Shown here: piece after piece, positions 35,079-44,598 of the stretch
Numbering within the stretch: position 1 is the first letter of the stretch
Layout of the letters: each line of letters begins with the position of its first letter
Virus record (IMG/VR): IMGVR_UViG_3300027917_000021
Coordinates: 91,896 to 155,895 of that record
DNA length: 64,000 bases
Direction: 5' to 3' (one strand)
Source of the DNA: a virus
The notes under the pieces: generated by a model
What the model was told of the DNA's origin: nothing
Seen by the model: the letters and a program-made list of their open reading frames with translations, nothing else
Databases searched by the model: none
Program-made: the position numbers and the translations under genes

Positions 35079-35824
35079 TTTAATTCTATAGGGTCCAACG
35101 TGGGAGCAATAAGAAATGTTCCAGAATAATTAGGAAATTTACTTCTTGCCGCTTTTAAAACTTTGTCTGATCTGTTGGTTCGATCTGACAAATGGGCAAA
35201 TATTACAAAAGATGTTTTGTCTATCCCTATTTTTTCAAGGCCATCTAATGCATCGTCGGTACTTAAATGTCCATATGCACTTGCTATACGTTCTTTTAAA
35301 TAATCAGAATAATATTCATAATCTTTTAGCATTTGAACATCGTAATCTGTTTCAATAAAATACGCATCAGCGTGTGTCATATATTGTACCATTAGCGGGG
35401 TAATAATTCCCGTGTCTGTAACATAACATAATGTTTTATTATAAGTTGTATCTTTTATTAAAAATCCAAAAGTATACTTTGCATCATGCTTTGTACTAAA
35501 CGTTTTAATCTCTATATCACCAAATGTTAAAATATCTGATGGTTTTAGATTTACCATTGTAACATCTTCAAACAGATGTTTTTTTGCATTATAACTCCAC
35601 TCATGCATATATACAGGACATTTAAACTTTCTACCAGCAGGGCCGGCGGAGTTAATATGGTCCGAATGTTCATGTGAAATTATAATAGCATCGAACTTAT
35701 CTCTTCCAGTATTTTGTGTTATTTTTTTGACAGAGACACCCACATCTATTAAAATGTGAGCATCCTCTGTCCAAATATAAGTACAGTTTCCGGATGATGA
35801 GCTCGCTATAGGTAATATTTTCAT
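35075..35824 (-). CDS. Metallo-beta-lactamase-fold hydrolase (YycJ/WalJ-like nuclease)
   Basis: SSSSGN, HEHSDH, HDA, TDTG, GHLS, AHLS. Confidence 0.9.
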   Translation of the reverse strand: MKILPIASSSSGNCTYIWTEDAHILIDVGVSVKKITQNTGRDKFDAIIISHEHSDHINSAGPAGRKFKCPVYMHEWSYNAKKHLFEDVTMVNLKPSDILTFGDIEIKTFSTKHDAKYTFGFLIKDTTYNKTLCYVTDTGIITPLMVQYMTHADAYFIETDYDVQMLKDYEYYSDYLKERIASAYGHLSTDDALDGLEKIGIDKTSFVIFAHLSDRTNRSDKVLKAARSKFPNYSGTFLIAPTLDPIELK

Positions 35825-35828
35825 TAAA

Positions 35829-36206
35829 TTATTTTGTGACTATAGTGACTGCGTGGCCATGTCCTCTTCTCGTTATCCACGCTTTGAGTGCTCTGGCCTG
35901 TCGCCAGTCAATCTGGTGAAAATTCTTTACAATACTTGAAGCATCGAAATTAGCATAAGCACTTACCCATGCGCGGATTCCAGTAGCATTTATTAGGCGT
36001 GGAATACGCACTTTGTCTTCCAACGTAAAGTTAGTTACATCTTGTACGTTATTTGTTTTACCTGATGCTAGGGCTGTTTTAATATGGTTCGTATGCTTAT
36101 ATGTAACGTTTACAGTGGATTTCTCTAACTTATAATGTATGGATAAATTTTTTATTTCGGTTCTCTGCTTTCTAAATTTTTTAGTCTTGCTTTTCATTAT
36201 TATCAC
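35829..36206 (-). CDS. Basic hypothetical protein
   Basis: ORF in operon. Confidence 0.6.
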   Translation of the reverse strand: MIIMKSKTKKFRKQRTEIKNLSIHYKLEKSTVNVTYKHTNHIKTALASGKTNNVQDVTNFTLEDKVRIPRLINATGIRAWVSAYANFDASSIVKNFHQIDWRQARALKAWITRRGHGHAVTIVTK

Positions 36207-36212
36207 TTTTGT

Positions 36213-36515
36213 CTATTGTACTGGTTCTGTTTCTATCGTTTCTATTATAGTGCACGATTTTAAATATGCATCTATAGATTCAGAAGACCCCCACATATTT
36301 TTTAAGTATATGTAGAAGTCTTCATCTTCGAGATCTTCTGCCTGGAGAGTTCTGACTATACAAAATTTTCTACCAGTTGCATCCATCTTTGGAAATCCGT
36401 GGCTGTGCATCAAATATGTAGTACTAGGTAAACGAACATTATTTAATTCTTTTTCTGTAAGAGTTTCATTTGTTATCAGTATTATTGGCTTTCCAATATA
36501 TGGTGTAAAATCCAT
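36213..36515 (-). CDS. Hypothetical protein
   Basis: ORF in operon. Confidence 0.6.
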   Translation of the reverse strand: MDFTPYIGKPIILITNETLTEKELNNVRLPSTTYLMHSHGFPKMDATGRKFCIVRTLQAEDLEDEDFYIYLKNMWGSSESIDAYLKSCTIIETIETEPVQ

Positions 36516-36982
36516 TAGAGGTCCTCTGCTTCTGGGCTTGTATCTACTTCATCTCCAAGAAATGTTTCCATATTTGCTGCAACCTTTATTAGTCTTTTTT
36601 CGTATTCTGGAAACCAGTCTGGTGCATCTTTGATAGATGGTTTAAGAATATTTACCACCATGTTATCCAATTTATTAAGAATGCCAACTAAAGTTGAAAG
36701 ACTTAAGTCAGTGAAATCTTTTCCAAATAAAACAACAACTTCGTCTAAAACAAAATAAAGAATTTCTGTTGGTTTTGGAAAAAATATATTAAAATCGCTA
36801 ACTTTCATGTCAGCATTTTTTTCTTCAATCAATGTACCATCAATTTTATAAATTTTTATATCAATGGTGTTTTTCTTGGCCACAAAAATATACTCATTTC
36901 TGGCCCAGATCTCTTCGGGGGTGATAAATTCTATTTCTTTTGAAGTAGAATTTTCTTGCTCTTGTGTTTTATTCTTACTCAT
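36515..36982 (-). CDS. Hypothetical protein
   Basis: ORF in operon. Confidence 0.65.
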   Translation of the reverse strand: MSKNKTQEQENSTSKEIEFITPEEIWARNEYIFVAKKNTIDIKIYKIDGTLIEEKNADMKVSDFNIFFPKPTEILYFVLDEVVVLFGKDFTDLSLSTLVGILNKLDNMVVNILKPSIKDAPDWFPEYEKRLIKVAANMETFLGDEVDTSPEAEDL

Positions 36983-37580
36983 TACTCCTCAAAATTTCGT
37001 AAATATACTTTTCCAATTTAGAAATTGACTTATTATATTCTGACACCCATTGGGTGTTTTTATAGTTTTTATCACGAGTATATTTCTGTACTATGATGTT
37101 TGGTGAATCTATCTTTAAAAGTATAGACGCTAATGCATCTAACTTTCTTGTTCCAAATTTTTTACCACAAACAACAAATACAGTCCATAATTGATTAGTA
37201 CAATAACACACTTCTTCATCCTCAATAATATGTATCTCAATATCATTAGAGGTTATTTCTGGCCGTCTCATTACTGGAGTTCTTCCCAATATAGTATACA
37301 TTTTACTGCCTGTAGGAGCAATAAATACCGGAGAATGGTAATTGTTTATTCTTGTTGTAGTAGATAATATTTCCGGATAAGAGGGCTGAGCAATAATGGA
37401 ATTCTTCAAGTTTTCCAACTCGGCCATATCCGATAAATTTATTTTTTGCACTTGCTTTATAAAAGCGTTTGATGCAGAAATTTTAGAAGGCATCCTTCCA
37501 TGTTCTACATGCTCTAAGCTTTTTATAATGTCGTCTAATGCAAAAATTTCTTGATTTTCTTGTTCTTCTTGACTTGGCAT
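36975..37580 (-). CDS. Hypothetical protein
   Basis: ORF in operon. Confidence 0.65.
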   Translation of the reverse strand: MPSQEEQENQEIFALDDIIKSLEHVEHGRMPSKISASNAFIKQVQKINLSDMAELENLKNSIIAQPSYPEILSTTTRINNYHSPVFIAPTGSKMYTILGRTPVMRRPEITSNDIEIHIIEDEEVCYCTNQLWTVFVVCGKKFGTRKLDALASILLKIDSPNIIVQKYTRDKNYKNTQWVSEYNKSISKLEKYIYEILRSNE

Positions 37581-40271
37581 TTATTTTAATAGTTTGTCTT
37601 TGTCAACAGGATACACAAACATATTTTGATTATTAAATACTTTCTTTACAGGCGATGGACTCTTAATATATTTTGCCTTATGTAGATCCTCAATAATAGT
37701 TATTTTTGAGAATTCAAGGCTTTCACCTGCGCCTCTCAGGTATTTTTCTACTTCTCTTAATGCTGTATCCATTATTAGATAATCTTCTCCACCGCTTCCA
37801 TGGTATCCAATTATTGGAATCATTTTAATGGTTTTGTCCAGATCAACATCTTTACTGGTTTGTAAACGTAACTTGCCGATGGCAAGTAAATCACGCATAG
37901 TAAACCAGAATTTTTCGGCGGGGCGTTGTATAGCAGTAAGTCTTATTAGATTATCTACCTGATCAATTAAATATTGTTTAAATTTATCCTGGTTAGTTTT
38001 TGCCTCTGCTGACGGCCAAAACCATTCAGCAAAGAAATAATAAGAAGTATACAATAAAGACATATTACGAGCAATACGAATATCATTATGCTTGCCTATT
38101 GTATATTTGTAAAATTCTTCATGTGCTTTTCTTTGAAAATCATGATATACAGTTTCCTTATTAGGATATTGCAATACATGATGAATATATTTAGCAGTAA
38201 TGGCGCTGTAATATTTCCTATTATCCAGCACTCTTAATCCTGCCGCGATGTTTTTCTGTGGTTGGCTATAATCCAAAGTAATGGTTCTTGCCATAACTGA
38301 ACTTTGTCCCTCAGCTAAATCTTCGCCGGTGATCAATAATGTGCCGCGCATAGGTTTAGCTTGTTTAAGTTCTGCTTCTTTCGTTAATCTTGTACGAGCA
38401 CTACGATCGGCATAACTTTGAAGAATACCCAAAGCTCCTCTATGGTCCTTAATATTACCTCTTTTCCAGTCATCAATTAAAAATATAGTATCTTTGTAAT
38501 TGAATCCCGCAGTTTCCAAACTATTAGTTGTTGCTGCCCATGATTCATATCTTCCAAAATGCGGGCCATAAAAATGCTGCATAGTTTGTGCTATAAAAGA
38601 TTTACCTTCTCCAGAACTACCACGAATAAATAATATATATCGTGTGCGGTCATTTTGATATAACCAGGGCTCTATAATAGGAGAAAATGTATGTCCTAAT
38701 AAAGCATGTGTAATTCCAAAATCTGTAAGATTTAATAAATCATCATTGATATGTTTTATCAAATCTTTTTCTGCCTGAGCGTCCAGCATGGTTAAATCTA
38801 GCCACTGGGCAGATCCACGATTGCTTAAATCAACGATAATTTCAGAATTGTTTCTAACGCTTTTTGCATCAATTACTACAGATGGACTTATATATCTACG
38901 ATGCGGATCGTGTTCCGGACCATCATATCCAAATGATTCTTTAATCAAGGTAGTGTTAGCTTTCGTAAATTTGTTGATGGCGTTAATAAAATGATTATAG
39001 TTTTCAACAAAAATACCTTCATTTCCAGCTACATTATAAATCTCTGATCTTAGCTTATCTGGATTTCCGAGGTCTTTACTGCTAATCTCAAATGGATAGC
39101 TTTCATCACCTTTAACTAATTGTCCTTTAGAGGTGGTTTTTACTGTTTCACCATCATCATGAATTATTGTGTCTGTAATATCAATAATAAAGCTTGACAG
39201 TAATCGATATTGGTCTTTACCATCTGGCTTATATAAAAATTCCGTTCCCTGTTTTTCATAAATCTCAATTCGTGATTTATAGTCCAAAACAGTATTAAGA
39301 CTAGCACCAGTAGTCATGCCGCCAGCGTGTCTGTGAAAAAATACCGTAGGATTTTTACCACCACGAATATTTGCACACGGCCCCGGGCACATATTATTCA
39401 TGGAAGGCGTTTGTAAAGTTCTACAATTAATAGCTTTATAATGCCTTTGCTTTAATTTTCCAATATAGTAATTGGTTTTACCTTCATCATAATCATCCTG
39501 AAGTTTCATTAATTTTCTTAATTCGTCTTCTCCACCAGGTACATTTAATAATATATATCCAAGAGTGAGCCGTTGTGCATGATTAAGATGGCCTAATGGT
39601 GCCTGTTTTTTGATATCGGCCATTACAGCACAATTGAGAAATATAGCATCTATAGGACTTACGACTTTTCTTATTTTTTCAGAGTCAACATACTCAACAC
39701 CTTTTAGTACATCGTCTAAAAAATAAGAAAAAGTTTTTGATAATTGATGCATACCACAAGGCAATTTTATTAAATTACCATAACCACCATCTCCCAGAGT
39801 GTCCTGTTTTGGAAAAAACTCTAAATGCAAATTAGGGTCAACAACGCCGACGCTACTTAACATTACAGAATTAATATCTCTGGCTGTTCCGGCAGGTATT
39901 GGTTCTTTAAAAAAATACCAAACGTGTGCACCCTTCATTCCAGAAATTTCTGCATATCCGGTTATTCCATATTTGGCAAGTTTATTTTTGATTATACTTA
40001 TCTGTTTATAAATCAGATCTTTCCAATCATCAAACTTATAATCTTTTTTACTCCAAACATCTTTATTTATATCTATGTCTATACAGGAAAAAGTTACTGT
40101 GTCTTGTTTATCTAAATGATAAATACCTAAGGTTTGTTTACCTTTTAAATGTGCATCTAAAGCTACATCACTAATTGGACTATTGCTGGGTAAATATCTA
40201 CCGTCTGGCTTTTGTATAGCGTATATATCTTTACGGTGTACAAACAGTTTCTTTAGAGTTTCTACGTCCAT
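37581..40271 (-). CDS. AEP (TOTE-type) primase with Cys-rich accessory domain, fused to a P-loop helicase
   Basis: CIDID, SGMKGAHVW, FPKQD..GNLIKLP; Cys-rich region; GSSGEGKS and LIDD; start at ATG 40271 after GGAGG. Confidence 0.85.
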   Translation of the reverse strand: MDVETLKKLFVHRKDIYAIQKPDGRYLPSNSPISDVALDAHLKGKQTLGIYHLDKQDTVTFSCIDIDINKDVWSKKDYKFDDWKDLIYKQISIIKNKLAKYGITGYAEISGMKGAHVWYFFKEPIPAGTARDINSVMLSSVGVVDPNLHLEFFPKQDTLGDGGYGNLIKLPCGMHQLSKTFSYFLDDVLKGVEYVDSEKIRKVVSPIDAIFLNCAVMADIKKQAPLGHLNHAQRLTLGYILLNVPGGEDELRKLMKLQDDYDEGKTNYYIGKLKQRHYKAINCRTLQTPSMNNMCPGPCANIRGGKNPTVFFHRHAGGMTTGASLNTVLDYKSRIEIYEKQGTEFLYKPDGKDQYRLLSSFIIDITDTIIHDDGETVKTTSKGQLVKGDESYPFEISSKDLGNPDKLRSEIYNVAGNEGIFVENYNHFINAINKFTKANTTLIKESFGYDGPEHDPHRRYISPSVVIDAKSVRNNSEIIVDLSNRGSAQWLDLTMLDAQAEKDLIKHINDDLLNLTDFGITHALLGHTFSPIIEPWLYQNDRTRYILFIRGSSGEGKSFIAQTMQHFYGPHFGRYESWAATTNSLETAGFNYKDTIFLIDDWKRGNIKDHRGALGILQSYADRSARTRLTKEAELKQAKPMRGTLLITGEDLAEGQSSVMARTITLDYSQPQKNIAAGLRVLDNRKYYSAITAKYIHHVLQYPNKETVYHDFQRKAHEEFYKYTIGKHNDIRIARNMSLLYTSYYFFAEWFWPSAEAKTNQDKFKQYLIDQVDNLIRLTAIQRPAEKFWFTMRDLLAIGKLRLQTSKDVDLDKTIKMIPIIGYHGSGGEDYLIMDTALREVEKYLRGAGESLEFSKITIIEDLHKAKYIKSPSPVKKVFNNQNMFVYPVDKDKLLK

Positions 40272-40300
40272 GGATCCTCCGTGGTTTCTGTGGGGACCCA

Positions 40301-40329
40301 AATATACAAAATTTCGTTTATCATGTCAA
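40301..40329 (-). promoter_or_regulatory. sigma70-type promoter TTGACA-N17-TATATT for the primase-helicase
   Basis: Consensus -35 and 17-nt spacer on the - strand. Confidence 0.75.
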
Positions 40330-40332
40330 ATT

Positions 40333-40731
40333 TTATTTTATTCGGAATTCTTCCCAGAATATTTTCTTTTGTTTTACTTGTTCTTTTATCTTTTTTTGCC
40401 TTTGTGTTAATCGTGAATTTGCTGACTTAATTTCAAGTAGTGTAATTCCTCTTTCTTCAAAGACAATATAGTCTATGGGGTTCCCTAAAAATTGTATTGA
40501 TTGCGGATTATGTTTAAAATCTTTCAAGAAAGGAGCAAGCTTTTCCGCCACCTGTCCTGTCACAATCTCAGACTGTTTCTTTTGAAATATCAACTTACTG
40601 CGGGATTCCTCCCCCTGTCTTACTTGTTCTTCTAATTCTTTTACCCTACTTTTTGTTTTAAGGTAATAATTAATATAAAAAAAGGCAGTTATACCAAGTA
40701 TAACTGCCAATATAATTGTTAGTGAGTCCAT
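40333..40731 (-). CDS. Holliday-resolvase-like PD-(D/E)xK endonuclease with an N-terminal TM helix
   Basis: GQVAEKLAPFL..F...FLGNPIDYIVF..EIKS..L..RQ. Confidence 0.8.
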   Translation of the reverse strand: MDSLTIILAVILGITAFFYINYYLKTKSRVKELEEQVRQGEESRSKLIFQKKQSEIVTGQVAEKLAPFLKDFKHNPQSIQFLGNPIDYIVFEERGITLLEIKSANSRLTQRQKKIKEQVKQKKIFWEEFRIK

Positions 40732-41156
40732 TACATAAATTGTTTTACATTTATAAAAATACCGGCAATCTGCTCATTATTCATAATCGCGGACTTGAGT
40801 TTACATACACGAGGAGAAATACATGATCCACATAATTCCTGTGGATATTGATGCTTCTTTTCCATTTTACTTATTTCTGTATTTAACAGGACATACCCGT
40901 CCTGCCTTTTATCATGTATGCAAAGCCCGGCATGTAAACGGGATAAATATTGTCCAACCAGGTCTAAAAGCATATCTTGAGCAGGTTCTTCCTGTTGTCT
41001 TCCAAGTTCGGCTTTAGCAATATTTGCTAATGTCATTGACAACTTTCGAATGATATACTGCCTGGTTTTAAAATTTCGGATTTTACAAAACTTTCTTATA
41101 TGGTCTTCAACCAGTTTGACAACTGGATTTTTTACAAATTTATGTTGTCCCATCAA
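40731..41156 (-). CDS. Hypothetical protein
   Basis: ORF in operon; CxxC-x4-C. Confidence 0.6.
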   Translation of the reverse strand: MMGQHKFVKNPVVKLVEDHIRKFCKIRNFKTRQYIIRKLSMTLANIAKAELGRQQEEPAQDMLLDLVGQYLSRLHAGLCIHDKRQDGYVLLNTEISKMEKKHQYPQELCGSCISPRVCKLKSAIMNNEQIAGIFINVKQFM

Positions 41157-41169
41157 CTCTCCTTATGTT

Positions 41170-41433
41170 TTATAAATCCTCTATGTATGTAGCACCGCAC
41201 CAATCCATAACTCCGTCTAGTGATTTACGAGACTTAAACTTATGATTATCACATACGCATGTAATATGGGTAGGTGGTAAGGACTTGTAAAGGTCCTTGG
41301 AATAGAATGCCTTCGGTTTTCTTTTTCCATACCAACATACTCCACGGCGCTGTTTTCCACGATAATAACTGAAATAAGAACAATTGCCACAGCATTTTAC
41401 TTGCCGATGCATTGGTCTTTTTTCTTCTATCAT
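41170..41433 (-). CDS. Small Cys-rich hypothetical protein
   Basis: CCGNC..C..CVCDNH. Confidence 0.6.
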   Translation of the reverse strand: MIEEKRPMHRQVKCCGNCSYFSYYRGKQRRGVCWYGKRKPKAFYSKDLYKSLPPTHITCVCDNHKFKSRKSLDGVMDWCGATYIEDL

Positions 41434-41897
41434 ATCAATTTACCCTGCAAATGGTCGTATTCATGTTGTATGATTCGAGCATCATACCCAAAATATTTCT
41501 CGGTCTTGTCGATTTGATCCACCGGATCAAAGTATGTTATTATAACGTTTTTATCTCGTTTTTTCATCTTTGGTTTTTTGCCTTGTAACGACATACAATT
41601 TTCCGGCCAGAGCATCTTTTTACCAGTACCTTTAATAGTTGGATTTACAAAAATTTTCCAAAGTTCATTTCCACCAAAATGTACTCTAGCGATGAACATC
41701 GCGGGAGGAGGTTCTTCCGTATCTTTCCAAAGTTGATTGGAAGCAATTCCGACACATTTGCTTTCATTTGCTTTGGCAGTGCTTGTTAAATCCTCCATTA
41801 ACATAATAAATTCTGTCAAATCATTTACAGGTTCAGCTGGTGTGGTCAAAATTTTTCTTTCTTCAGGATTCGATGCCTGATTAAATTCTAAAATCAT
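41430..41897 (-). CDS. def: Peptide deformylase
   Basis: VGIASNQ, ENCMS, QHEYDHLQG. Confidence 0.9.
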   Translation of the reverse strand: MILEFNQASNPEERKILTTPAEPVNDLTEFIMLMEDLTSTAKANESKCVGIASNQLWKDTEEPPPAMFIARVHFGGNELWKIFVNPTIKGTGKKMLWPENCMSLQGKKPKMKKRDKNVIITYFDPVDQIDKTEKYFGYDARIIQHEYDHLQGKLI

Positions 41898-41912
41898 ATA
41901 TTCTCTAATTTC

Positions 41913-43310
41913 TTATTCCACATTATCAAGATATTTATATATCTTGTTTCTACGATAAGCCTGATATTTTAATAGATCAACTTGCATATCTCGAAAGTCT
42001 ACAATCTCTGGTTTCTTTTTTACAGATGCTTTTCGCATTATCCGGCCAATGGATTGTTTCAACTTTATTTCTGATCTTGTTGGGCCGGCCAAAAACAATA
42101 CCTCCAGGCCTTTTATATCTATACCGGTAGAAAATAAACTGAATGTAGATACCACTATTTGAGTTTTTCCACTGTTCAGATTATCAATTACTGCTGCACG
42201 CTGCTTTTTTGGCATCGCTTTGAATTTCTTGCGGTGAGTTGGATGTGGAAGGCGTGATACCAGGTAGTCTGCTTTGTGACCCAGCTTATTTAACTGTTCA
42301 GCTAAAAACATAGCATGTCGCACGCGTGTGGTTAGTATAACCATCTGTTTACCTTTATATTCATCGACTGTATCCAAAATAAGCTTGTTTCTGGGGCCAT
42401 CATCGATCAGATCATCTACCATGGCTGCATATTCATCGCTATTCCACAATGGAAAATAGTAATCTGTTTTAATATGGCGTACAGTTGGAATAACTATCTT
42501 ATCTTTGACATCCGTCAAAGTAAGTTCACTTATTTTAGGCCCTGTGGCCCAATGTATTACAGGTGTTAAACCATCGTCTCTTTCTGGTGTAGCACTAAAC
42601 CCGAATTTGTATTTTGCATTTAAGTTTTTTATTACACCATAAAAAGTCTGTGCCGGAATTATATGTGTTTCATCCACGATCACCTGGCCAAAACTATTAT
42701 TTAGAAACCTATATTGCGTTTTACCGAGGCGTACCATAGTTTGTAGTATAGTCACTGTAACACCACGTACACGCCATTCCCCGCTACCAATAAATCCAAC
42801 CTCGTCTTCATTCTTATTAGTGAATTTAACAAAGTTAGCAATCATCTGATTAGCAAGTTCAATAGTATTTACCATTATCAGCGTTGGTTGCTTGCGTCGC
42901 ATTACATAATCGACTATCATAACGGTCTTTCCGGATCCGGTAGGTGCCTGTATAACACCGATGGTTTTATCCATCATGTCATTGACTACCTTTTCCTGGT
43001 ATGGAAACAGCTTGCCGTTGAACCTCCAGTTGTGTATAGGCGGTGCTTCAAAGCGCGCATCAATCAGGTCTTCCGGAGCAACCTTAATAAAACCAAGTAG
43101 GGTTGGTACAAAACCTACCGGCACTTCTATGCTGTCAGGATGTTCTGTGTAAAAATGCAATTCCTTATCAATGCCAAAAGCAGACTTTCCTAGTTGTACA
43201 ACCTGATTATATTTAGGATTAGCAATAGTTAATTTTTCTTTGATAATTGTTTGTTGTATGTCGTTTATTCCGGCAATTGTTGCTTGATTTTTAATTACTA
43301 CTAATGGCAT
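41913..43310 (-). CDS. Superfamily 2 DNA/RNA helicase
   Basis: APTGSGKT, DETH, SATPER, TGID, QSIGRIMR. Confidence 0.92.
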   Translation of the reverse strand: MPLVVIKNQATIAGINDIQQTIIKEKLTIANPKYNQVVQLGKSAFGIDKELHFYTEHPDSIEVPVGFVPTLLGFIKVAPEDLIDARFEAPPIHNWRFNGKLFPYQEKVVNDMMDKTIGVIQAPTGSGKTVMIVDYVMRRKQPTLIMVNTIELANQMIANFVKFTNKNEDEVGFIGSGEWRVRGVTVTILQTMVRLGKTQYRFLNNSFGQVIVDETHIIPAQTFYGVIKNLNAKYKFGFSATPERDDGLTPVIHWATGPKISELTLTDVKDKIVIPTVRHIKTDYYFPLWNSDEYAAMVDDLIDDGPRNKLILDTVDEYKGKQMVILTTRVRHAMFLAEQLNKLGHKADYLVSRLPHPTHRKKFKAMPKKQRAAVIDNLNSGKTQIVVSTFSLFSTGIDIKGLEVLFLAGPTRSEIKLKQSIGRIMRKASVKKKPEIVDFRDMQVDLLKYQAYRRNKIYKYLDNVE

Positions 43311-43694
43311 TTAATGTCCCAATATTCTTTTCATTTTCTTGTTGTCAGTCCAGGCAACTTCTACATGTTTGCCGTCGTTGATAGACTCTATCAATCCTTT
43401 TGCCTCTTCATACAAAGGTTGCAATTTTTCATTTTTGCATTTCCAGGTATCTCCTAATTGTTTAGTGATTAATTGGGAATCCGTATACAAAACAAAGTCT
43501 TTTTCATTTCTTTTATTTTTTATATAACGTAGTGCTTTAATTAGAGTTAAGTACTCAGCCTCATTATTTGTTTTGTTTCCATACCTAAATTTATGTTTTA
43601 TTTGCTCGCCTTCTACCATAAAAGAGCCGTATGCGTCCCTTTTATCTCCGTGCTGGTTGTTAAAGGAACCACCGTCTGAATAAATTATAACCAT
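43311..43694 (-). CDS. rnhA: Ribonuclease HI
   Basis: YSDGGS, TNNEAEY, TDSQL. Confidence 0.85.
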   Translation of the reverse strand: MVIIYSDGGSFNNQHGDKRDAYGSFMVEGEQIKHKFRYGNKTNNEAEYLTLIKALRYIKNKRNEKDFVLYTDSQLITKQLGDTWKCKNEKLQPLYEEAKGLIESINDGKHVEVAWTDNKKMKRILGH

Positions 43695-43740
43695 ATTTTT
43701 CTATTCCTTAGTAAAATTTAGAGTATTCTATACTATTGTG

Positions 43741-43752
43741 TTTCTTATACCA
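43741..43752 (-). promoter_or_regulatory. TGGTATAAGAAA motif at the head of the - strand block
   Basis: Identical to 11655-11666. Confidence 0.55.
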
Positions 43753-43756
43753 TATC

Positions 43757-43785
43757 TTGACATGAGTTTTATATCATTGTATATT
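43757..43785 (+). promoter_or_regulatory. sigma70-type promoter TTGACA-N17-TATATT for the tail genes
   Basis: Consensus -35 and 17-nt spacer in the divergent intergenic region. Confidence 0.75.
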
Positions 43786-43816
43786 AAGTCATAAACATTA
43801 ACCAATTATAAATATT

Positions 43817-44212
43817 ATGGAAATATTAGAACAATTAATACTAAATGGATTTGCTACTAAAGATTTTGATTTATTAGACGGCAAAATCAAATTCTCTTTA
43901 AAGACTCTTGCGGGCAAAGAGCAAATGGCAATAGAAAAGTGGATGGAAAATATCAATGGAACTCCGATGTATGTAGTACATAATTTTTCACTTCGCATGT
44001 TAGCTTATGGATTGCTTTCCTATCAAGATAACAAATTTGAAAAGAAAAGTCCAGAGGAAAAATTAGAGTTTATAGAAAATCTTGATACCACTATCCTAGA
44101 TTTAATGGTAAACACTCAAAAGAAATTTTATGAAGAAGCAAAAAATACCATTAATCCAGATGAGTTAGAAAATTTATCGGAGACCCCGTCAGCCGACTCC
44201 GCCTCGAATTAA
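43817..44212 (+). CDS. Tail assembly chaperone (G-like)
   Basis: Two genes upstream of the tape measure; slippery heptamer near the 3' end. Confidence 0.75.
   Translation: MEILEQLILNGFATKDFDLLDGKIKFSLKTLAGKEQMAIEKWMENINGTPMYVVHNFSLRMLAYGLLSYQDNKFEKKSPEEKLEFIENLDTTILDLMVNTQKKFYEEAKNTINPDELENLSETPSADSASN
44170..44176 (+). other. Programmed -1 frameshift site A AAT TTA
   Basis: X XXY YYZ in the chaperone frame; -1 frame open from 44164 into the 44212 ORF; CGGAG/CTCCG stem follows. Confidence 0.75.
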
Positions 44213-44598
44213 TGCTAGACGGGGTCTATCCCGAGGAGCCAGGGAGTCCAAAGGAAATGGCCCTTATTTTCATGAAACACCGCCAAAATCGAATAAAATC
44301 TATGGAAACATATTTAATTTCCAAGGCTTTATTTATTTCCGGGACTGAGAATTTAGAAGACAAAAACAAACAGGTAAACGAATACAACAAACTTTTAAAT
44401 GAATATCAAGATTTAATTAATCCTTCTAAAATTGCAGATAGAAAGAAATTCGAACGTACATTCAAAGAAAAAGCAAAAGATCTTGGAGGAAAAACTCTTA
44501 CAGATTTATTGGGTGATAAGAAATTAAGTTTAGGAAAAAAACCAAAAGAAGATTTTTCTAAAACCATTACAACAAAAAACTGGAGTAAAGTTAAATAA
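44212..44598 (+). CDS. Tail assembly chaperone T-like segment (GT fusion C-terminus)
   Basis: In the -1 frame of the upstream ORF, directly before the tape measure. Confidence 0.7.
   Translation: MLDGVYPEEPGSPKEMALIFMKHRQNRIKSMETYLISKALFISGTENLEDKNKQVNEYNKLLNEYQDLINPSKIADRKKFERTFKEKAKDLGGKTLTDLLGDKKLSLGKKPKEDFSKTITTKNWSKVK

Noticed and set aside
40272-40301. Upstream TTG start of the primase ORF (likewise TTG 6365 for the glycosyltransferase)
   Set aside because: Both overlap promoter elements; better ATG starts lie at 40271 (GGAGG RBS) and 6401
41430-41897. Peptide deformylase and class II RNR as novel findings
   Set aside because: Both are well-known phage auxiliary genes
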